From IMG/VR virus record IMGVR_UViG_3300047094_001104: a DNA stretch of 64,000 nucleotides. One strand, written 5' to 3'. The position numbers and the translations under genes are program-made. How positions within the stretch are numbered: the first letter of the stretch is position 1; each line of letters opens with the position of its first letter. This document shows, one piece after another, positions 56,809-64,000 of the stretch. The DNA is from an uncultured virus (IMG/VR IMGVR_UViG_3300047094_001104). Its lineage: Duplodnaviria > Heunggongvirae > Uroviricota > Caudoviricetes. The notes under the pieces are model-generated. The model saw nothing but the letters and a program-made list of their open reading frames with translations. It ran no database searches and was not told the origin of the DNA.

Positions 56809-58797
56809 TCAATATCCATCATATGCATTTTGAGCATCCTTAAACCACTGCGGAGCAATGTAGGCCAACTTAGCCTTTTTACCGACTACTCCACTAGAGA
56901 ACCCTCCGTAGCTTTCGTATGCCGCCTGACCAACTAACGAGAAGTTTCTAGCCCCCATATTCGCCATCAGTAAAGCAGAATACCTATCCTTCCTCATCTT
57001 CTTTTTCTTGTTAGCCCCAACCTTGATGTCCGGAGTATCCCATCTATCTCGCCCATTCGGGGTCTTGGTTATCTCGATTAGGACAAGCTCGTTCTTCATC
57101 TCCTCAATTTCCATAACACAGTCTTCTAGTGTGTCATAGAGCTTATTATTGATCTTATCTTGTTCAGCGGCTAGACCGAGGACGATAGGATCGAACTTAG
57201 GGAACAACAAGGTCTTATCCTCTAGGTCCTTTCTTAAACCATGATTAGCCTCAGAGGTCCATTCAGCCTTGGCGAAATTGACCAACTCAATGATATGGAG
57301 CCCAGCTTCATCATCTGTCGGCTTCTCTTTGTCTTCGTCAATTACGGGCCAGAAGGGGACTTCGCCGGGATGCAAATTAGAGGTTTCGTGTAGGGCTTCG
57401 TTAACCGCGACACCGCCCCCCTGAGAGTCCAGCATGATACGCTCAGTAGGGAATACACGCATAAGCTCACGAATCTTTCTAGCAGCGTAACTGTAAAAGT
57501 TATCCTCAGTAGTTAGACCAAGCTTAACTCTTTCCGTGTGAGACTGACGAGTAGTAGTCCAGCAGTGTACTATTCTTCTATGGTCTTGATAGAGTTCCAA
57601 GACCACTATGGAGAAGTTGTCGATTTCGGAAGCCGGGTCGACCCCTATGATGTATCTGGCGGCTGGGTTGCCCTTTATCGCAGCATCGAATACAACTGGG
57701 CCAGATGGGAGAATAACCTCATTATGTTCATTAGTAACACAAGACTCGATCAGGCTTCGTTTGAAAAACCCATTACTATCAGTGACAAATACCGCTCCCC
57801 ATTCCATATTGAAGATACCACTATGAACAGACGCCTTAGATCTAGCCACGTTTCCCTCATCCATAAAGCCCTTGGGTAGAACCTCGTATGGTATTCTAAT
57901 TACTGAATAATCTTTCCAATTGAACCCCTCTGGGACTCCCTCTGGAAATAGCTCTCTGACTCTCCTTGGATCACCCTTTGAGGCAATAATCTGCTTATAC
58001 TTCTTCCAATAATCAGCGAAATGGTTAAAATCATAGAACGCAGTTCCGCACAAAATAATTTGATTTCCCATAGCTAGGTCGTTGGCTCCTAGCAACAATG
58101 GGTCAATTCCTCTTTCAGCGGCCATCTCTTCAGCGGCTCGTCTTCTAACCACATCAGCAGGAGCGGCTGATACGTTACCGAAGCCCGCGATAACGGTTTC
58201 AAAGATTTCCCTAGAGTGAGAGCTGAATTCTTCGATCAATAGGTCTTGGCAGCGATACCCTCTTATCTTCTCACCAGTACCAATTGGAATACATGTTATG
58301 GTAGACCCATTAATGCCAAACCTACACATGTCTGGAGATCTGGTAGGACCACTATCTTGATCTACTAAGTCCCTTAAAAGAGGAGCCCCCTTCCATATGG
58401 TTTCCATATATTCATGAATAAACTTAGACTGTCTAAAGGCCGCTCCCGCAACAAGTATTCTCCTGTTGGGCATAATCAACGCACGCATCAGGGAATACAA
58501 TGCAAGCATAAAGCTCTTAGAGCTTCCTCGACTGCCGATTAGCATAGGGTATTTTCTTACCCACAATTCTTGAAGAACCACATTCTGGAATGGTAGTATG
58601 TCTACGTTTAGAATGTGATGACACAGAAAAGCAAAATACTCAGGCTGAGATAATAACCACGCTACCTTTTTCTCGAAGTCTAAGTTATCGTCTGTTCTCA
58701 AGATATCTAATGGGTTATATGCTGGCTCTTCCTTTACATACTTGGTCAAATATGCTTCGTTGAGTTCGCGTAAGACTTGTTTGGTTAATTTTTCCAA
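56809..58797 (-). CDS. terL: Terminase large subunit
   Basis: Q motif ILPFQ, Walker A GSRGSSKS, GEKIRG, Walker B LLIEE, nuclease IIGVDPAS..KDRYSA. Confidence 0.92.
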   Translation of the reverse strand: MEKLTKQVLRELNEAYLTKYVKEEPAYNPLDILRTDDNLDFEKKVAWLLSQPEYFAFLCHHILNVDILPFQNVVLQELWVRKYPMLIGSRGSSKSFMLALYSLMRALIMPNRRILVAGAAFRQSKFIHEYMETIWKGAPLLRDLVDQDSGPTRSPDMCRFGINGSTITCIPIGTGEKIRGYRCQDLLIEEFSSHSREIFETVIAGFGNVSAAPADVVRRRAAEEMAAERGIDPLLLGANDLAMGNQIILCGTAFYDFNHFADYWKKYKQIIASKGDPRRVRELFPEGVPEGFNWKDYSVIRIPYEVLPKGFMDEGNVARSKASVHSGIFNMEWGAVFVTDSNGFFKRSLIESCVTNEHNEVILPSGPVVFDAAIKGNPAARYIIGVDPASEIDNFSIVVLELYQDHRRIVHCWTTTRQSHTERVKLGLTTEDNFYSYAARKIRELMRVFPTERIMLDSQGGGVAVNEALHETSNLHPGEVPFWPVIDEDKEKPTDDEAGLHIIELVNFAKAEWTSEANHGLRKDLEDKTLLFPKFDPIVLGLAAEQDKINNKLYDTLEDCVMEIEEMKNELVLIEITKTPNGRDRWDTPDIKVGANKKKKMRKDRYSALLMANMGARNFSLVGQAAYESYGGFSSGVVGKKAKLAYIAPQWFKDAQNAYDGY

Positions 58798-58890
58798 GCT
58801 GCACGTTGTTCCACTAAATTTGAATTGGGCGAAAGAAGCCCACAGTAAAAGAAAAAATGGGCCGACCTACCCCTTGTATGCCGTTACGCC

Positions 58891-59424
58891 CTAGTCAACT
58901 AGCCGTTCTGCCTGAGACACAAAGAATGGCCGACAGCGAGACGCCATAATGGGCCTAACTCCTAGTACTCTCATTCCACGCTGGTCTGCCGAATCAGCAA
59001 TTCTAGTTTTGATCTTGTTGCATATCCGCCAAACACCAGCTTCTTTAATTTGATCACCTGACAATTGGCTGATAATTCGGACTAGGGCAGCACCACCCAG
59101 CATTTCTAAATGGTTCTGACCGCTAAACTGTGCCGTTTCATACTTCAAGACATCATGAATCTCATATTCGATCCCAAGCCTCCACTGCCAGTCTTTATCG
59201 TCGGCGGAAGTTACAGCAATAATTGCAGTCTCACAGATTTGGCTTGCTATTGTGTGAACTCGCCAGTACTGGATAAGTGGCCATATCAGATAGAGGCCCG
59301 GACCTTTTCGTCGCCCCCATCGGCCAAACCAAAAACAAACTGCCTCCTCCATTGGGCCAACAATTGTGGGCCTTGGAAGAAGTTCCCAAATAAACTGGAT
59401 GATCTGAGTTAGTAGGTCTAACAT
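58891..59424 (-). CDS. SPFH/Band-7 domain protein
   Basis: IVGPMEEAV.F.FGR....GPGLYLIWP..V.SAD..IEYEIHD..RGMRV. Confidence 0.75.
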   Translation of the reverse strand: MLDLLTQIIQFIWELLPRPTIVGPMEEAVCFWFGRWGRRKGPGLYLIWPLIQYWRVHTIASQICETAIIAVTSADDKDWQWRLGIEYEIHDVLKYETAQFSGQNHLEMLGGAALVRIISQLSGDQIKEAGVWRICNKIKTRIADSADQRGMRVLGVRPIMASRCRPFFVSQAERLVD

Positions 59425-59921
59425 TGCTCTAGCTCTTTAAATCGCCCAAGGACATAATCTTCAGCACTACGCCGATTTCCGCAGAATACTACCGGCATTT
59501 TAGCCGCCACTCTATCTATCAAGGTTTTAAGATGTCGCCCATTTATACGAAGCTCCGACCAAGCATCAACTCTCTCTCCCCTAGAATATTTGCCACTGGC
59601 TATCTCTTTTACTGATGGTCTTCTGAGCTTTGGTATGCCAGAATTCTCAGGGAAGCAGTAGATGTCAGACTCTGAAAACTCAAAGACGCATTCTGCCTTT
59701 TCTAAAAGAAGAAGCTTGTCAACTTCTCTATGGAATCGCTCCATATTCTTGGTTCTGCCAAGATTCATATAGATTTCGCCAGTAGATGCTTTTCTCTCTA
59801 CAGCATATTTGCCAATAAGGATAGATGTGGTGTAATCTCCACACTTAAGAGTTTTCTTTGTTGTTTTCTCTGTGAAGAATGTCCACGGAGTTTTCTCCCT
59901 CGTGTCGTAATAGATCTCCAT
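59418..59921 (-). CDS. ERCC4-domain nuclease
   Basis: DTREK.PW..L.CGDY..VERKAS..RF..E. Confidence 0.8.
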   Translation of the reverse strand: MEIYYDTREKTPWTFFTEKTTKKTLKCGDYTTSILIGKYAVERKASTGEIYMNLGRTKNMERFHREVDKLLLLEKAECVFEFSESDIYCFPENSGIPKLRRPSVKEIASGKYSRGERVDAWSELRINGRHLKTLIDRVAAKMPVVFCGNRRSAEDYVLGRFKELEQC

Positions 59922-60492
59922 TTGTTCCCCTTATTGCATTTACCTTGACGTATCCTAGATAGCACTGAACAGTGCCAGTATCATCCTTTACAGCCATAGC
60001 TGTAGATGTTATATCAGTTAACAAATTGTTCTTCTTGTTAACTAGAGTATAGTCACAATCGTACGCGATGTCGTTTTGTATAGAATAGAGCCAATGATCA
60101 TTTACTCTTTTCCTGTCCCCCGGCCTAACGGCTTGCAGCCATCCAAATCCCATCATATCTTTCGAGTCAAGACAAAATAACTCATTGAGGTATGAGTTAC
60201 TCCATGTGCATCTACCTTTGGTATCGCAGATGAATATTCCAATTTCGATATGCCTTTCTGTAATCTGCTGCCGAAGTTCACAGACCTCATAGGAGGTCTG
60301 AATTGCGTCATAAATCGCCTTAATAGCCTCTGCGGGGCTGTCACCAAAAACGACATGAAAGCGGTCACCGAGTACAAAGGATCTAATTGCATTTTTGATA
60401 TACCTCCTACAGCGTGCGATAAAGGCGAAAGCTCCAACGACGACAAACGATATCGTCCCGTAGTTTTCTATGATTGACTTAATTGTATCCAT
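59845..60492 (-). CDS. Membrane-anchored PAS-domain protein
   Basis: N-terminal hydrophobic helix; GIFICDTKGRCTWSN..GFGWLQAVRPGDR..W..G.V..YLG. Confidence 0.8.
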   Translation of the reverse strand: MDTIKSIIENYGTISFVVVGAFAFIARCRRYIKNAIRSFVLGDRFHVVFGDSPAEAIKAIYDAIQTSYEVCELRQQITERHIEIGIFICDTKGRCTWSNSYLNELFCLDSKDMMGFGWLQAVRPGDRKRVNDHWLYSIQNDIAYDCDYTLVNKKNNLLTDITSTAMAVKDDTGTVQCYLGYVKVNAIRGTNGDLLRHEGENSVDILHRENNKENS

Positions 60493-60742
60493 TTATGATA
60501 CTCCTAAATAAAGGGGCATAATGAAGCTCCTTGTCCTTTATGGAGTCATGGCAGGTTTTACACAAAGTTACTAAGTTGAACAGTTCGAACCGAAGAGATG
60601 GGGCATCGCTCCACCTTTCTATGTGATGGACCACTAACTTCTTCTTTGCCTTACACCCCGGCATTTGGCATCTCTTCTTGTCTCGCTTGATACAAGCAAG
60701 TCTGGCTTCCTTATAAAATGGGCAGTCATAATCTCTTTTCAT
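60479..60742 (-). CDS. HNH endonuclease (packaging-associated type)
   Basis: RD..CQMPGC..LVVHHI..NLVTLCKTCH. Confidence 0.85.
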   Translation of the reverse strand: MKRDYDCPFYKEARLACIKRDKKRCQMPGCKAKKKLVVHHIERWSDAPSLRFELFNLVTLCKTCHDSIKDKELHYAPLFRSIINGYN

Positions 60743-61554
60743 TCATCGCCAACCGTTTCATGCGAGAGAATGATACGATCCACCTTAGAATCAGCAAAGG
60801 TGTGATAAGAACCAAGCTCTTCTTTGGCTCCCTGTGCGGCAAGCCTCATCATCTCCATCAATCTACCTTGCTCTTCAAAGAAGTCTGGGTCCTGTAGGAG
60901 CTTGCTCATTAACCCAGCAAAGGTAGTCTTATTACTTTCAAGTTTTTGGACTCGCTGCTCTCTAGTGGCCTTAAGATCCTTGAACATGGCCGATTTTTTA
61001 GTTTGTAGCTCCTTATAGTCCCTACCCAAAGCCTCTTTGGCGGAACGCAGCGAAGCCACCTGCCTCTGTAAAGAGAAATGATGCTCCTTGTCGCGATCGG
61101 CAACTGCTTTGGCGTCTTCTACAGCAATCTGCTCTTCTAGATCTCTGACGGTCTCGATCGTCTGCTGCTGCTCACGAAGAGCCCTATTCATTAGGACTTC
61201 TAGTTTGATCGTATCAATGATCTGAAGTTCCTCAGTTGCGAGTACGTCTCTGCGGAACTGGGCAATAATTTGCTTCCAGTGATAAAGGAACATCTCTAGT
61301 TCCTCTTTACTGAACTGTCCTTGTAGCTCTTTCCAGAATGGGCGAGTCTTGATGTCATATTCGGCCTGAACCTCAAAGGCCTCTTTCTTGTTCTTGGTCT
61401 TGCCGATTTTTTGCAGATAGAGCCTAACGGGCTCGATATCCCGCCCAAGATTTTTGGCCATCTGGTCAGCCGTCATCTTATCGCAGTGTTTCTCGATATA
61501 GTCCCACTCAGCTTTACTGAGTCTACCCTTAGCCTTAGCTATATTACTGGCCAT
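60739..61554 (-). CDS. Hypothetical protein, candidate terminase small subunit
   Basis: N-terminal HTH (MTADQMAKNLGR), central coiled coil, upstream of HNH and terL. Confidence 0.45.
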   Translation of the reverse strand: MASNIAKAKGRLSKAEWDYIEKHCDKMTADQMAKNLGRDIEPVRLYLQKIGKTKNKKEAFEVQAEYDIKTRPFWKELQGQFSKEELEMFLYHWKQIIAQFRRDVLATEELQIIDTIKLEVLMNRALREQQQTIETVRDLEEQIAVEDAKAVADRDKEHHFSLQRQVASLRSAKEALGRDYKELQTKKSAMFKDLKATREQRVQKLESNKTTFAGLMSKLLQDPDFFEEQGRLMEMMRLAAQGAKEELGSYHTFADSKVDRIILSHETVGDE

Positions 61555-61993
61555 CGACTAGATCCTTAACTACTTTTATGAGGGCTGCTCGTCTCGCCGA
61601 AGGTAGAGACACCCCATTTGCCCATCTTAAATAGTCGGCTCGCATACTTACCGACAGATTGTTTAGAATATAATCAACGAGATCTGGTGTAACCTGATCA
61701 TATTCTTCAGTTGGGTGTTCCAGAATCTCTGAGAAATCTAACACAGACCTCTTCTCATGATTTTTGTAGTAACTTCGTGATAAGGAAATTAGTCGCTTTG
61801 AAACGGAGTACATGAGGAAGAACTCTAGAGATCTCACCCCATCCCATTTCTCATAAACTTGGCATGCTATAATCATGGCCTCTTGGGAAATATCTTCCTC
61901 GGTCATGAATGAGAAAGGTTTCTTCTTGACTTTATCTACGACGAAGTAGATAATATCAAGGTGTTCCTTGGGAATCTCTGTCAGCTTTTTCAC
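61544..61993 (-). CDS. Sigma-factor-like protein (region 2-like)
   Basis: EDISQEAMII..EKWDGVRSLEFFL..RLISL. Confidence 0.6.
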   Translation of the reverse strand: MKKLTEIPKEHLDIIYFVVDKVKKKPFSFMTEEDISQEAMIIACQVYEKWDGVRSLEFFLMYSVSKRLISLSRSYYKNHEKRSVLDFSEILEHPTEEYDQVTPDLVDYILNNLSVSMRADYLRWANGVSLPSARRAALIKVVKDLVDGQ

Positions 61994-62129
61994 GGATTTT
62001 ACCTAGGATAGCTTTCGCCATCTCCTTTGGGGGATCGGGCATAAGAAGCTCATCTTCAATTCGCTTCTTTAGTTCTGCTGTGGCCATAGCCACATAGCGA
62101 GTATCACCATTAATTACGAGTTTCATCAT
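61956..62129 (-). CDS. Small protein (57 aa) not in the ORF track
   Basis: GAGG SD, ATG 62129; MMKLVINGDTRYVAMATAELKKRIEDELL...; promoter motif at 62167-62176. Confidence 0.55.
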   Translation of the reverse strand: MMKLVINGDTRYVAMATAELKKRIEDELLMPDPPKEMAKAILGKIREKADRDSQGTP

Positions 62130-62215
62130 GACCTCAAGTCATCAGTAAAAAGAGAAGTCTCCCTATTATATACGCTTTTATCTAAATATGGCTGTCATTA
62201 GTGGAAATAACGTAT

Positions 62216-62244
62216 AAGAGTACGGGCGGTGTGCCCGTACTCTT
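62216..62244. other. Perfect 12-bp inverted repeat
   Basis: AAGAGTACGGGC-GGTGT-GCCCGTACTCTT. Confidence 0.85.
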
Positions 62245-62267
62245 CTATTATGTGGTTCTTATAAGGC

Positions 62268-62693
62268 GTGGCCATGAAACTTTGGTTGTCTGGTGTTGCT
62301 GGTGCTGGCAAGTATGCTGAGGTTGATCCTGAAGATTATGTGCGGCTCAACCGATACAAGTGGTTTTTGAGGAACACATATGCGGTGGCCGTAGTGGACG
62401 GCTGTACAGTCCGCATGCACCGAGTTGTTATGAACGAGGATGATCCTAGGATCGTCATTGACCATATTAATAGGGATCGGCTCGACAACCGCGTAAGCAA
62501 CTTACGTAGGATGTCACCCATCGAAAACGCAAATAATCGTGTCGATAATGTGAGAGTTCTAGCCTTTGGCGAAGAACTCACTCTCGCAGAATGGGCTAGA
62601 GATCCAAGATGTGGGGTGTCTTACGATACGCTTCATAAGCGTATCTATCGTGGATATCCAGCCGAAGTAGCGATCTTAGCAAAGGAAGAATAA
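62268..62693 (+). CDS. HNH homing endonuclease (HNH_3 type)
   Basis: VRMHRVVM..IDHINRDRLDNRVSNLR; C-terminal TLAEWA..RIYRG. Confidence 0.88.
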   Translation: MAMKLWLSGVAGAGKYAEVDPEDYVRLNRYKWFLRNTYAVAVVDGCTVRMHRVVMNEDDPRIVIDHINRDRLDNRVSNLRRMSPIENANNRVDNVRVLAFGEELTLAEWARDPRCGVSYDTLHKRIYRGYPAEVAILAKEE

Positions 62694-63610
62694 TGGCTAG
62701 ACCAATTGGCAAATTGAGTAACAATAACCCGCTGACGGCAGCAGAGACTAGGTCTTTAGTGGCTGAGTATTCCACTATGACTAATAACGACTTGATAAAG
62801 AAATACAATATTTCTAAGACTCAGTTCAAGTCGATAGTGAAACACTATAAGCTGAAGACTAAGCATTTTGGCAAATTTATATCTGGCAAGAAGGATCTAG
62901 ATTTCTTCAAGGGCAAATGCGGAGTTTATGCAATAGTCAGAACTGACTGTACAAAAGTCTACATAGGATCGAGTGCTGATGTATACTCAAGATTCCAAAA
63001 ACATATATCGCAGCTTGATAGAGGACTACACAAAAATACAGACCTGCAAAATGACTGGGGCAAGTATGGTTTTTATATGGCCTATATCGAGGACTGTGAT
63101 GAGAAAGATCTACTGAGGAGAGAGAATGAAATCATGTCAAGTCTAGATTCATGGTGCCTGTACAATCGTACAGTCATCTCTGATAAAGGCGTTGACTACT
63201 CAGAGATCTGGCAAAAAATGCAGCCCGATTTGGTCATACTGGATTCCGGCTGCTGGGAATATGAGAAACCAAATGTTTCATTGCGAGGAGAAAAGTATAT
63301 TCCACATAGAGTGTCGTATATGCACCATTGTGGAAACTTCTCTTATATGGTACAGAGGAACTGCAAGAACTTTAAGTGCTGTAATCCAGATCATTTGGTG
63401 AGTGTCTCATGTAGAGAAAGTCGTGAATTGAGTTCGAAGAGATTATCTAATATGAGCTACCGTGGGAGCAAACTAGATGAGTTCAAAGATAAGATATTAG
63501 AGATGAAGAAAGATGGGAAGACTCTCAAAGAGATAGCTATGGCTTTACCGTGCGATGTCCATGCGGCTACGCTGTCGAGGTTTCTGGGGCGTTGCGTGGG
63601 TGGGGTTTAA
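62693..63610 (+). CDS. GIY-YIG endonuclease with degenerate HNH/His-Cys-like and HTH domains
   Basis: GVYAI..KVYIGSS..RF.KH..H.N.DLQ.DW..E; SGCWEY..HRVSY..C.N..CCNPDHL; C-terminal HTH. Confidence 0.85.
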   Translation: MARPIGKLSNNNPLTAAETRSLVAEYSTMTNNDLIKKYNISKTQFKSIVKHYKLKTKHFGKFISGKKDLDFFKGKCGVYAIVRTDCTKVYIGSSADVYSRFQKHISQLDRGLHKNTDLQNDWGKYGFYMAYIEDCDEKDLLRRENEIMSSLDSWCLYNRTVISDKGVDYSEIWQKMQPDLVILDSGCWEYEKPNVSLRGEKYIPHRVSYMHHCGNFSYMVQRNCKNFKCCNPDHLVSVSCRESRELSSKRLSNMSYRGSKLDEFKDKILEMKKDGKTLKEIAMALPCDVHAATLSRFLGRCVGGV

Positions 63611-63764
63611 TTGGGTTTGATGGGACATTACTTTTGAGCAGGCCCCGGCGTCTTAACATACCTGTACAGACCCCTCCCCCTAAGGAGATAAAACCCCACC
63701 CCCCTACGCCATCGACCAATTCCAGAAAAGTTTTTTTATTTTGGCCGAATCATTGATGCGAGTA

Positions 63765-63794
63765 TTGACGCATGGCCGATAACTATGGTATGAT
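63765..63794 (+). promoter_or_regulatory. Sigma70-type (early) promoter
   Basis: TTGACG, 18-nt spacer, TG-n-TATGAT extended -10, upstream of AAGGA SD. Confidence 0.65.
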
Positions 63795-63831
63795 CCGCGT
63801 GTCAATTCAAAACACTCTAAGGACAACAGTC

Positions 63832-63996
63832 ATGGAAATCAACGGATTCACTTTCAGTTCACGCCTCATGGGAACATCAGCCTGCTATCACGTCGCCAAA
63901 CGTGGTGACGTAGTTTTCACCTCGAAAGAAATGAGTTATTTGATTCGAAAAGTAAAAAATTATGGAACATCTACTGTTGCAATCAAAACAAAATGA
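63832..63996 (+). CDS. Small hypothetical (early) protein
   Basis: AAGGA SD plus ATG 63832 downstream of the promoter. Confidence 0.55.
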   Translation: MEINGFTFSSRLMGTSACYHVAKRGDVVFTSKEMSYLIRKVKNYGTSTVAIKTK

Positions 63997-64000
63997 CGAT

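Noticed and set aside
56809..58797. Intein or intron in terminase, portal or capsid genes
   Set aside because: The ORFs are continuous and of normal size, with no C...HN splice motifs or LAGLIDADG blocks
1..64000. Alternative genetic code (stop-codon reassignment)
   Set aside because: Genes are full length and tightly coupled under the standard code; TAA, TAG and TGA all end genes
1..64000. Host assignment (Cys-rich tail and DUF6171-like genes suggest a PVC/Planctomycetota host)
   Set aside because: Impression only; no host genes, att site or spacer match can be shown from this sequence

Overview
This window is a gene-dense segment of a large tailed dsDNA bacteriophage (Caudoviricetes). It is probably siphovirus-like, since there is a tail tube and a 2090-aa tape measure but no sheath gene. 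Bases 1-12325 (+ strand) hold DNA metabolism genes (dNMP kinase, Cas4/RecB-like nuclease, DEDDh exonuclease, sigma-like factor, Rad52-like annealase, SSB) interleaved with a large glycan-synthesis set (GT4, degenerate GT-A and CgeB-like transferases, a nucleotidyltransferase, UDP-galactopyranose mutase, a SAM methyltransferase and a DUF4422/GT111-like protein). Bases 12334-62129 (- strand) hold the morphogenesis block: sigma-like factor, HNH, TM-PAS, ERCC4, SPFH, terminase, portal, protease/scaffold, decoration protein, major capsid protein, an endonuclease cassette, modular fibre genes, neck, tail tube, chaperones, tape measure, tail-tip proteins and a 1862-aa Cys-rich protein. Bases 62268-64000 (+ strand) hold homing endonucleases, G-run tracts and a sigma70-type promoter. 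Most notable hypotheses: (1) a phage-encoded galactofuranose glycosylation system that may be docked to the virion through a shared Cys/His motif, with S/T-G enrichment in virion proteins as a candidate sequon; (2) a tape measure protein built as a cargo polyprotein, with nuclease-like and zincin domains between repeated xxGG motifs; (3) a repeated CGTATWWA late-promoter motif. All calls come from reading motifs by eye; no database searches were run.
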